The position numbers and the translations under genes were made by a program. From positions 9,858,001-9,922,000 of the forward strand of contig OZ004608.1 of the NCBI GenBank assembly GCA_963924565.1: DNA of 64,000 nucleotides. The letters run 5' to 3'. Under the pieces are notes generated by a model. The model worked only from the letters and a program-made list of their open reading frames with translations, was not told where the DNA came from and made no database searches. Shown in pieces: positions 37,967 through 49,727 of the stretch. This DNA comes from Ascidiella aspersa. Its lineage: Eukaryota. Position 1 is the stretch's first letter; every line of letters starts with the position of its first letter.

Positions 37967-40900
37967 TTAAATGACAGTGGATTGGTTGCTTTCATCCTCT
38001 TCTTCTAAAAGAGCCTTAAATGGAAGTTTCTGATGGGTTGTGAGGAGAAAGTGGAGTCCATCTTCAGGGAGTTCTCCGTCGAAGGTCAAATAAATGGTCC
38101 ACTCAACAATGGTCTTTCTGCCAACCTTGCTCTTGGTCATCTCTAATTTGTTGATTTTCCTCACACCTTCGAGCTAAAACATAAAAGAAAATCAAAATCG
38201 AGTTGAAAATTAGTATAAAAAGTTAGTCCAGATCTACCATTATTTTCAGGACTGTGAGTAGAGACAGTTACACCAGTAATATATATAAACTGAAACAACT
38301 ATATTTAACTGAACAACTTAACACCAAAAAAAATCAGTGAGAAGACTCCTTAGTTGTGTCAAGCAATTGTTTAGCGAAAATAATGTTAAATGTTAGTAAT
38401 AAATGTATCTCTTAAGTAAGCTTTTCGTTGAATCTAGACCAGTAGTTCTCAACCTGTGGTAAGCCACCACTACTAGGGTCATAATGTGATATGCAAGCAG
38501 CTTGTAGGCCTAATGCAGAGTTTAGAAAAGTTAACACACATGTGATATTGAGACTGCCGTAAGTTATATGTTCTCTTTTTGGTATCAACCTATAACTTGA
38601 AATTCTCCACTAGCACTGTTCATTAAGTTAAATAATCATAAAATTTTTAGCAAAATGGTTTATTTGAAACCAAGTGGACTGTATAGAGACCCCAAAATGC
38701 CACCACTATGTGATGAGATCATGGACATAAAAATTGAGAACTATAAAGATCTGACTTACCTTAGACAGTTGCTCAGTAAGTTCCCCCTCTGTAATCCATT
38801 TTGTTTTGCAATTGGAAACCTCAATGTCCGATTCATGGAGTTTTAACACATGGACTGGGTCCTCAGATGCTGGTTCTTCAGTACTTTCTTCAGGTGCTCC
38901 AGTGGTTTCTACAGTTAATTTTGTTAAGAAGTTGGAATTAGTTGCAATACCTCTGGATAAAATAAAAAAGGTAAAAAATTAAAAAAAGTATTTTGTGACA
39001 TTTGGCACCTGACAAACATGTTCATACTCCAACTAAGTTTGTTTCTGTTGTTAAATATTTGTTTGATTTGAATAGGACATTTTGCCTCATCTAAATAGAA
39101 ATTATTTACTATACAAAATTGCTAATTAAACGCTATTCGAATGTGCTACCTGAAATGGTATAAGTAGCAGTTTACTGTCGAGTATTTTATACGACAATTC
39201 ATTTAACTGACTCCTGCTTTAAATAAACAATGTTTCAACAACTCTTTACAATTTTTTGCAGGCAAATTTAACCTATAGGTAATGTTGTAATAACGCCATA
39301 ACTAGCAACATTTTGACTGATGTCTGTTTTAATTAAAAACAATGAGACACTTTCATTAGTAAAATAATACCTTCTGTAAACAATTTTTAATTGTCAGTAT
39401 CCGTTTAGTTTTGCTAAATAAACAACTCTGTCAAGATAAAAAAAACATCTAATAATATTTTTTTCTGACTAAATAATCTGAATATTGGTTTGTTTTAAAA
39501 AGAAACTTCATCTGGTCAAAATGGTCAGAAAATTCTCATTAAGAACTCCTTATTATTTTTTAATCATATATTTCAATTAACTTATTGCGTAATGGACCAT
39601 TCAAGAATTCATACACAACTTTTGTACTCCTCTGGTATTCTGTGTTATACTAGTTTTAAAAGGAAGCTTCGATTAACTATAACTAACTAAACTTGCAATT
39701 TAAAAAAAAACAAAATGAAGACAGACTTGGAACACATATAAAAACATTTTGGTAGTAATATTTGCCCTGAATAAAAAAATGTCTTAAATTATGTTCAAAA
39801 TGTAACATTTAGAGAAGAAGCCAACGTGTATAACTGTCCATCAAAGCATCGTAGACAATACTAACTTTAAAAACTTCTAAAAACGGATTTACAAATAAAT
39901 TAATTCTTTACCCAAATATTGGACTATATTCTGACAATTCTAACAGATAAAAAATTTGAAATCACATTCAGATCCGTTCTCTCCTCCATACTATTGCCTC
40001 TGGTTTCTGCCATTAAAACTAAGTAATCCATTATTGTTTATTCAACTCGATCTATTTCGCTTTTTCTCTTAACCATTTTGACCAGTGAGTGAAGCCCTTC
40101 TTAAAAAAACAGCAAAAAAATCTCTTCCTTGAAATGCTCAACTGCCTAAACCTCCTGGAAAGCAAAACTGCAACCCACCAACACCTGTCATCGACTCATC
40201 AATGCCAGTCTCCTCTTTACTTTGGTCGTCTGTCTCAGCGGCTGCTGCCGTTTCTTCCATGAGCACCTGTCAGAAGCGAAACAAGCAATTAGCGGAGTCC
40301 GGCTACTGCCAACACACATTCCGCTAGAGGGCACCACACCCCCGTGCTGTGAAATAAGCCACGTGCCATGTTTTTGGGCAGATGCCTGGTTTCGTGCAGG
40401 GTTTTGTTGCTAAATGAAAATAAACTGAAAGCGATAAACAGAAAATTTTTAAAAGAATTACCTGCTTACCTAAAATAGTAGTTTAAATGTTGCTACAACA
40501 ATGTTACCAATAAGTAAATTCTATGTCCATTAATGTTCTAGACATCAAACAGAGGTTAAATTTGGAAAGGAATTGCATCACTATTTCCCATTATTAAGGC
40601 GGATAAAATCTGATTAATGTTTCCTTTGTGTGTAGTAATCCTGTTCTCACTGGCTGACGGACACAAACCTTTTCCAGTCGCTTGAGCAGCAAAGTTTTAA
40701 GCCCGGTGGATTTCAGGCCTCGCTTTTCCAGGTTTGCCTTCAGCTGATTCACTTTCATCTTTCGCAAGTTGTACAATGTGGCTTCGATGAAACCTAAAAA
40801 GTAGAAAACAAACAAGTTGACCAGGAAACCTCATATTCAATCTATATATATAGTTCTGCTAGAGTTTCTTCAGTACTTTAAAAACATGTACCTACAAAAA

Positions 40901-43900
40901 GTTGACCTAACTTTTTGGGTAGTTATTTGGCAAAATCAACACAGCATAACAATGCTAACTAGTAGTGGGATGTATCATCAATAGGTACAATGGTAAATGA
41001 CATATAAAAGTAAGGTAATAGTGGACAACACTAAAGGTGGTATCTTCAAGGAAATAAATAGACATAAAGCTTTTCATTGCATGCCAAGTGTAGGTAAAAA
41101 GTAAACAGAACGAGCATAAATTACCTTCAGACCCTTTCTTTGTTTCTGGCGTGATTAGAGCATCACTGTCAGAGTTATAATCCGACTGCTGGCATGCTTG
41201 GCCATTTTCCTGGGATTCTGTTTCAACCTTAAACATTATTGACAAACAAAATCAAAAAATCATGTTTTATGAACAAGTCAGTGATATTTCTGTTTTGAAA
41301 CATTACAAGCATGTTAATAAAAGTATTTTATAAGGTGCCTTTTTATAGTATTTAGCCAAAACACTTCTTCTGATCATTGTTACCATGATACAGCTCTACT
41401 GAACACTGTGCAAGCCATAAATTAGTCATTTTAAATAGAATCAATGCTAGAAATTACACCTTGACATTATTTTCCACAGCTGTATTAACCTCCTCAGTGT
41501 TCTCCTCTTTAACCTCTTCCAGTGTAACTTCTTCCTTTATTAGAGTAGGTTGAGATGGGTCGTAGGAATCTACAAAGCAAAGAATTTGAAATAGTTTTAA
41601 TAATTATAGCATTTCGGCCTTCTGACTCCTGAGTTTCCAATCATAGACTAAAGTGTGAACTGACTTCCTTCTGTGACCTTGTTTACAAGGTAGTGTGTAA
41701 ACATTGTATTGGCCAAAATTTAAGTCCATGATTTATCTTGTAATAGTAGGAACCTACCTTACCTAAACCTATATGTAAATATATATTAAAAACTTGAACA
41801 TTTTCAGAAGTAGGAAACTTTCCACAAGTAATAAAATGTTAATAAATTAAAAAATATTGATAAAAATATTTTCTTATAAAACACATCATTTTAAGTAAGA
41901 TTAAACTAATAACGGCTTTAACCATTAAACTTTACTTCCATCGTAATTCGTAACAACCTTTTTCACTGGTAGTGGGTTCTACATTTTGAGAAGCTGAAGA
42001 ATGATTTGTGGCATTTTTATCCAGAACTTCCACTTTGATTTGCTTGGCTGGAGGTGGTTGCAGAGATTTATCTTCTAGTTTGCTGTTTTCACCAGCGTTT
42101 GCAGCAGTTTCAGCCTGGCGTTTTTTCATTAGAGAGGCAACTTGTTTTTCCGATAGCCATTTCTACATTAAAAAAGGTTGGTAGCCATTCTATTATCGAC
42201 CAAAGACATACTTTTTGCCATTACAAACTGCCTAAATCCATTTTGTTATCATTTTACAAAATTTGTGTTACCAAAAAATATTAACCAAAATACTTGTGAC
42301 GTTTGTCACTTGTGATCCAGATAAGATGCTTACAGAAAATTTTTCGTAGTGATTCTTTGACTTGCAATGTGTTATTTTTGCTGAAACCTCAGAGTTGTAA
42401 AACTTGTGACAAATCTTGCAGAAGAAGCCGGACACAGCAATCACATACTTCTGGCCTAAAAAACAAGACGAACATCAAGAATTATGGAAAATAATTTCCC
42501 GGCAGTTAAAGTGTCCTGTAAGGCTGTTACCTAGAGCAACTTCTGGATCATAAGGTGGAAGATCAAAGTTTTCAATCACTTCTTCTTTTTCTTCGCCAGG
42601 ATTAAAAACTGCATCCTCACCCTTTAATAAAAACAAAAGTTACAAGTACACATTAAAACGTTGGGAATTATTGCAAAAAATGCCACTCCGAATGCAATTT
42701 TGGCAAGCTTTTTATCTAAAAATCTACCAAGATAAAACAACTGGCCTTAGCACTGCATGTAGGTTTAAAATTGGCATTTTTTAATGCAAGTGGTTGAGCT
42801 TTTTTTCCAAAATATAGGGTACACTAAATCTAACAGTACTGACTAATGAACACCTGCAATAGACTTTACTCTGTCACCACTTCAGTTGTGGTAAAACTAT
42901 CAATGGGAACAATGTTTGGTCCACAGTGTAATACGCATGAACTTTGGACATATTTGGTTTAAGTGCCGATCTGGATACACATGTTTGGCCTGCCAGTTTA
43001 AAAGGTTGCACAATGCACACACCTGCACTACAGTGAGATGTTGTGCAAAAGATAAATTAATGTGACTTATAGGACTTAAATTGCTAAAAAATGTGAATGA
43101 CTTTGACACGGCTTAGATAATTTTAAAACTACTTGTTCACCACACTGCTAAAAAATAATACATCATACTTTTCCATTTGTCGGATCCAATTTCTGAACTT
43201 CGGCGACTGGGGGGACAGGAACTAAAAATAAATTTGTACAAAGACATGTAAGGTCAAAATCATAAGATCATAGAAGTTAAACTTAAAATTAGACTTACGT
43301 TTTGCTGGTGGAGCTTGAGTAGGGGCTGGCAGCGCATTATGAATCTGTTTTGGGGGAGAAGGACGCCTCATTGGACCTGGAGGACCTTTTTAAATATTGA
43401 GGCAACGTTTTCAAACTTAGATAATAACATATATACAGACTTGTTAATCATTTCCCACAAGCAAATTACTTTTTATGTGTCATGACAAACATCCGTAATG
43501 TTAGTACCTAAGCTCGTACAGAAACAGGTAGCATATTTCGAATGTTTTAAATAATTCTTTGCTTATTTTTAACATGGTAAAGAAAGCCTAATCAGGGTTG
43601 TTCCTAAGCAAAAATTTACACTCGCCAGTCGGGAGAGCGGCTATCCATCACCACTCGCCCGGACAAAATATCACTCGCCAAAATTTGCTGGTACGCTGTC
43701 TGCAAATTTCCATCCTAGCGCGGCCATTTCTTCTTGGATTATCGTTATTCTGGCTTGTGGTTTTTATACAGAAACATTAGTTTTTATAAAAGTCTAGTCG
43801 TTTATTTCCATGCACAGATGAACAAATTAATGACCCATAAAGCAGTTGACGCCTAAAACAATGTTTTTTAGCGAACACTGACAATTTAGTAGCCACGGCC

Positions 43901-46900
43901 TGCCTGTTTACCATTTTTCTAAAAAACCTCGCGCTCTCTTTTTTTGTATTCTGTTTTTTCTGTGCTTGAAGGACGTCTTAGCGCAGGTTGTTTAACGCCA
44001 CATATTGCCTAGCACTATAGTTACTGGTTTAACAGCAAATAATGTCAAATAATTGTAAATTTACATTCATTCGAAAAACATGCACCAGAGGTTATGTGCT
44101 GCGCGACGCCCTATAGTGGGACGTTTCAATTTTCCAAGGGCGTCCGCAAATGTTTCCACTTATGCCTTTACATAATTGCGATATAAAATATTCACAAACA
44201 GTTGTTTTTTAAGCTTTGTCTTGGTTGACCGCTCTGAACTTTAAAAATATCGCAAAAACATACTTACGTAGACTAATTGCTAATTCTCAGCTGTAGTTGC
44301 ACAAGTAGGCGATATTTTCGGTCCCTCAAAACATCAAAAAAAAAACACTGCTTACAAATATTATTATAAGACATTTGCATTCAAACTTATTGTTAGCAAA
44401 AACTGCAGCAATTGCTCTTAATTTCCTAATAAAAACAATTATAAAAATACAAAAAAAAATAGAATTATTATCCTGGGTACATCTCAAGTCCAATAAACTT
44501 TTCCAAAGGCGTCAACGACTGGGTTAAAACAACGACTGGGTTCATTTAAAAATTAACCATGTTTAAGTTAAACGATAAACCTTATAACTATTTGCCACTG
44601 CAGCAATAACGTCTTTGATTGTTTGCCGGTAAACAAATTTTTTTAAACAGGACAAAGAGTCTTTATTACGAGCTTCGAACGTAACTTCAACATTAACCTT
44701 ATTATTTGTGTAGTGTTGAAGGTATTTGCGTCTTAGTGTTTAGGGAAATAACTGGCGCTAAGTAATATTTCGCTTAGTAGTGGTGCTTAACACAAGTCGT
44801 CCTACACCAACTAATTAAATTTCTCGCCGGAGCCTCTCGCCAGTCGGGCGAGTGGGTGTCAATCAGCACTCGCCGGGAGCAATTTGCACTCGCATTGGCG
44901 AGCGGGCGAGTGTTTAAGGCCAACCCTGCTAATGAATTAAAATATGCTACCTACTTCCATATGGGCTTTAATATTTGTTCTATGCTTAACTACAGCCCAT
45001 AGACTAGGGTTCTCAAACTTTTTTCTTAAGTGGCCCATTTACGTTGCAAAAAAATTCTGTGGCCCAATACATTTTTTATGAAAGACAAACTGTAAAATAG
45101 GTTTAGAACAAAACACAGCAGAACATATTTCAAAACAGATTATTTATTCAACCGTGCATAAGTGAGATACTTGCGGCTGAACAATGAATTTACATTCCTT
45201 TTTAATTCTTCCCTAAGCCATTATTCCTGTAAAATTAAATATCGTGACACAATGAAACTAAATCTAGCTTTTTTAAATTGGTCTGTGGCCCACCTCAAAT
45301 GTTCTTATGGCCCACTGGTTGAGAACCGCTGCCCTAGACATTGTGCTCCTAAATTTGCAATGATATTTTTAATTATCATAATATGTTTTCCTCATTAACT
45401 TCATAAGCACTGTTTCCACAAAATTTCTAACAAAAATACAATACAAAAAATTCTGTTACCTGGACGTGGTGGCTCCCATCGTCTATCAAATGAACCAGGA
45501 GGAGGAAGTCCCCACCTTGGAGGAGACTGCCTACGTGGAGGCGGACCCCTGAACCTGTCCCACTCAGGGGGTGGAGGACCCCAAGATCTCGGAGGACTGC
45601 GACCACGGGGAATGTAATGGGGTGGAGGAGGACTTCTTCGAACCCAATGCGGAGGCGGACTCCGCTCTCTTTTTCTCCATTCAGGTGGAGGTGGATGGTA
45701 TCCATGAGGAGGTGGAGATCTTCTTCGAAAATCCCAAGGACTAGGTGGTCTTTCCCTTCTGGGGCTTGGGCTTCTGGGTCTATGCAGTGGAGGGTAATTT
45801 AGTGGGCTCGGAGCTCTTATTGGAGATCTTCTGCCCGACTGTGGCCTGTCGTTGTGGGGACTTGGCATTTTCTGAGGAGGACTCCTCGAACGCTTTGGTG
45901 AATAGGAGCGGGTCGGCGGGGCTCTTGGGGGGCTTATTCCACGAGGTGGACTGCCTCTGGGTGGGCTACGGCTGCGATAGTAATCACCCCACTTGTTTCT
46001 GTCATCACGACCTGGTTATGTTTTGCACATGATTATCAAGCGAACACAAAATGTTAAAAACAACAAAATGAAGTAGGAATAATAAATACCTGGAGATCTT
46101 CTATCTGAACTCTTAGGCATTGGAGGGGGCCCAGCTGCAGAGCCTATAATAAAGTAATGAGAAAAGAGCAGCAATTTATTTACAAATTATAAATAAGGTG
46201 CAATAAAAAAAATAAAACTTAAATAGCCTATTTAATACACATTTACAATAGGGACTTATTGTGCTGACATGCCTTTACAATATTAGTTAACAAAACCTTG
46301 TTAATGGCTGAATGTAGATTAATAGCTGAATGTAAATTAATAGCTGAAAACGACATCTACAACTTTTGAATTTCTTTAAAGAACATATTTTAGGCTTAAA
46401 AATCATTCTATTCACCTTGGGAGATATACCATGATCCAGATCTCGGTGGTGAACGACTCATATCTTCGAAGAACACTTGTTCATTAGTTTCTACAATACA
46501 AAGAGGCCCGATATCTGTTGAATCACTGCCGTTTGGAGTCTGTTCTGGAAGCAAGATTTAACTGTGAGAGGACAACTGCATATACCAGCAAACCCAATCA
46601 GTTTGAATATAAAACTCTACTCTGAGAACTGTCTATTTTTTTATTAAATGTCCATAACTATACTAAGTGATCCTATTTTCCTATGAAAGCACCTTCAACC
46701 TAACTTTCTACACAAAAAATCAACTGCTATTGTTATTCTATAGTTGCACACTAACTTACAATATGTCAAACTAAAGATAAGCCATGAAAACCAATCTGAA
46801 TAAAAAATGTTATAAATAATGCTGCAGAACTGGTTATAGGTTGAAAACTTCTGTTTAAGATTTAGTTGACCTCACAGGGACATATACTTACTTATGGCCT

Positions 46901-46958
46901 GGCCTTCCGCATTGCATATCTTTCTAATTGTGCAAACATTTCTTGAGATCCTTTTCAT
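37967..46958 (-). CDS. Putative nuclear RNA/chromatin-binding protein: RS/Pro-rich region + matrin-type (U1-like) C2H2 zinc finger + SAP domain; 15 exons, ~711 aa
   Basis: Exons 46958-46892, 46544-46416, 46143-46090, 46011-45460, 43385-43299, 43221-43169, 42621-42531, 42455-42334, 42162-41958, 41569-41460, 41227-41125, 40793-40669, 40266-40185, 38908-38760 and 38173-37967 total 2136 nt with consistent phases. LPPYDPEVALGQKYVIAVSGFFCKICHKFYNSEVSAKITHCKSKNHYEKF matches the matrin-3/ZNF638/CIZ1 finger. LRKMKVNQLKANLEKRGLKSTGLKTLLLKRLEK is a SAP motif. The start is uncertain (alternative ATG at 46461, MSRSPPR). Confidence 0.82.
43510..44967. mobile_element. Older small inverted-repeat element interrupted by the 43593-44928 insertion
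   Basis: AAGCTCGTACAGAAACAGGTAGCATATTT (~43510-43538) is the inverted repeat of AAATATGCTACCTACTTCCATATGGGCTT (~44940-44968), 23/29 identical. Confidence 0.6.
43593..44928. mobile_element. 1.3-kb non-autonomous DNA transposon with 5-bp TSD (hAT5-like)
   Basis: Termini CAGGGTTG...CAACCCTG. Exact TSD CTAAT at 43588-43592 and 44929-44933. Multiple subterminal CACTCGCC/GGCGAGTG motifs at both ends. Confidence 0.85.
45005..45331. mobile_element. hAT (Charlie-like) MITE, inverted copy of 15385-15703
   Basis: TAGGGTTCTCAA ... TTGAGAACCGCTG. Flanks CCATAGAC/CCCTAGAC (7/8 match). The interior aligns with the reverse complement of 15385-15703. Confidence 0.88.
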
Positions 46959-47682
46959 GTTTACTCACATGTTGGACTTTCCATGTTAACAAAAAGGGTT
47001 TTGTATAAAACTGTCTAAATAAGTCATCCCACTCAGTTGCATAAAAACTTTACAATTCAGCTGTTTAAAAGTGACTAACCATCAATAAATTTAAAAATAT
47101 TCAATGCGAAACTAAAACAAAAATTTGCAATTTCATCCAAAACTATAAATATAAAATTTAAAAGATTTCTTGTCTAAACTAATTGTCGCCAATTTCGTTA
47201 CATTTCCTTCGGGATATTAACTAAATATCATAAACTACAACTCCGCAACTATAGTGTCAAGCAAAGGTAAACAATGTAAACACGCAGTTCAAGACCTTAA
47301 GCGCGTTGCTCAAAAAATTGACATTTTGTGTCTCTTTATAAAACATGCAACAAGTTTATTTCAATTTATAACTTGATTTTATTTTGTTTTTACAACTAAA
47401 TAGAACAGTATATAAATTAGTAGAACTTCTAAAACTATAGTATAATTTGAAACAATTGCAAAATCGAAAGACGTAAAAAAATTGATCAAAAATGGACGTT
47501 AAATAGGCATGTTGGCAATGACATAATCTTTTAGCAACGCGTGTTGCACAATTCCCACTAAATCAATAAAGTCGTAGTATTTTCAGATAAAAGCGGGGAG
47601 TCGAATAGGACCCGAACGGAATTTTATAAATTGGTTTTGGCCTATTTTTTAGAACGTTTCCCTAACCAAGGGTAGGACAACG

Positions 47683-47927
47683 CAGAGGCGTAGCCAGGGT
47701 GTTTTGCGCCCGGGGGCAAACTATAAAATTGGCGCCCCCTCCTTGATGTTTAATCACATTTTGTATTACATTAGCATAATATACCTTAATTTATAGAAAA
47801 AACAATTCAAATTTTAATAGAATATTGTATTTAAAAAAGAAGCAGCCTCATTTTGGCATTTGTAAGCCTCATTTTTGCGCCCTTGTACCTTGGCGCCCGG
47901 GGACATCTCCCCGTAGCTACGCCTCTG
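47683..47927. mobile_element. hAT-like MITE
   Basis: 12-bp TIR CAGAGGCGTAGC...GCTACGCCTCTG, internal GCGCCC motifs, 8-bp flanks GGACAACG/GTTCAACG (6/8 match). Confidence 0.8.
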
Positions 47928-48830
47928 GTTCAACGTTTTCATAGTCTCGGGCCAAGCAAGGTCTCAGCGGGCCACAATAAATTTTCACCAGCAGTTTAAT
48001 TTTGTTGTTAAAATTTATATAATTACACTCCACAACGCCGTAACGAAGGTGCATTGAAGTTGAGAAATCTAATAACAGCACACAACGAAAATGGGTATAA
48101 GTTACGAATATCGGATATATCGAATAGTGGCTAGATTTTTGCTATAGTGTTCACGGTTCTATATCTACCGGTATCTGGTACTATTTTCAAAGATTCCGGT
48201 AGGCCCGTGATCGCACTTTACGCCGTCGCCTTTCTGTTTTGCACGCTAAATGATAAACTGTGACAGAATATAGTTATAAAATGTAGGCTATCAACCAACT
48301 CATGGTTGGGCTGAATAATGAGTTGATCGCTAGTCAGATATAAAATGGGGTGTGTTTTATAAAAATTGTCGTTTACCTGAAAATTGCACCAAAATTTAGT
48401 TTAAACTTGATTTCAGCAAAGTTTTACTTTACTAAACTCCTAATAACCGTCGATAAACCATAATTTTCGGGGGATATATTCCGCTGAGGATTATTTACAT
48501 GCATGGTCTTAGTTTACTAAACGCTGAACTAACTGAATGTAATAAGCAAGACATGAACTGGTTGTTTTGTAGCCGTACATCAGCAAGACAAAGAAAAAAA
48601 AAACGGACTCCCGTAGTGAAGCAAAATTGAAAAAATAATCTATTTTTCTGTAGGCCTATATACAGCTTTTTAAGGTTGTCGAAAGATTGAATTTTCTAGA
48701 CAATTCTTCGCGTTTTTAAAAGGGGGGAGAATAAAGGAGAGAAAATAGCATTTTCTGGTTTGATATTGCAGTGGACAACGTGCTGATAATTCACGTCGCC
48801 AACGCTATTATTCGACGCCATTGCTGAAAC

Positions 48831-49727
48831 CAGGGAGTCGGACTAGGGACTCGAGGAGTCTGTTTGTTTTGAGTCGGACTCGAGTAAGACAACGTAAAAT
48901 TACTCCCCAGTCCGACATGTATCAAATTTTAAAACTGATATGGCCGCCAATTGGAAATTGTAAAGGTTTAATAGCAAATAGTGGAATTTTGTCCAACCAA
49001 GTATTGTGGATGGATGATTAAGACACCCCTATAAGTGGATTGCTAAAGTTCCACGTTATTTTAGTTACCTACCTAAATTGGCGGATTACAGGCTGTAGAA
49101 TCAGGCCTGGACTCAGGACACGAAATCGCACTTTTGACCGGAGTCGTACTCGAGTTATTTTTAACCGATTCCGCTGGCTGAAATAACACACAATCCTTTG
49201 ATTCCAAAAACTTTTGAGACTTGTTTGTGCTGCGGTTTGAGCTGAAACTCATTGAAAGAATATAGGTCGAATTTATCAAATCTTAATTTACGTTAGTCAG
49301 TGTTCGTCTTTCCAAATATACAAGAGCAAGGAATGTGATTCTTGTTCTCCGACTGGTTAATACTTCAACACACTTTACAGAGATTATGCCCTGACAGATT
49401 TAGAGGGGGATGTGACGCATTGAGCACAGATAAAATATGTGCATTTCTTGATATGTTGGTATGGATCAAGTGATTGGGGAAATGTACATTCGCATTTTTA
49501 AGACGGAATACACTCTATGAAACGCAAAAAATCGATTAACAAATTTTAGGCTGAGTTTGACGAATTTTCTACAATGCAGATAGCGACTTTTGTCTGTAAG
49601 ACCCTCAAAAAAAGCACGTGGAACTTATTTGCTGGAGTCTTAACTCGAAACTGCATTTTATTTTCTAGGCCGGAGTCGGTTCTTAAGCCTGAATCTAGGT
49701 GTTTTAAGGCGACTCTGCAGGCCAGCT
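48831..49727. mobile_element. Degenerate DNA-transposon remnant with GAGTC/GACTC subterminal motifs
   Basis: Begins CAGGGAGTCGGACT, contains repeated GGAGTC/GACTC motifs, and ends near CGACTCTGCAGGCCAG. Boundaries are approximate. Confidence 0.4.

Noticed and set aside
39966-40006. Possible extra exon of the ZnF-SAP gene (ETRGNSMEERTDLN)
   Set aside because: Weak donor, and its phase would not match the next exon. The flanking exons join in frame without it.
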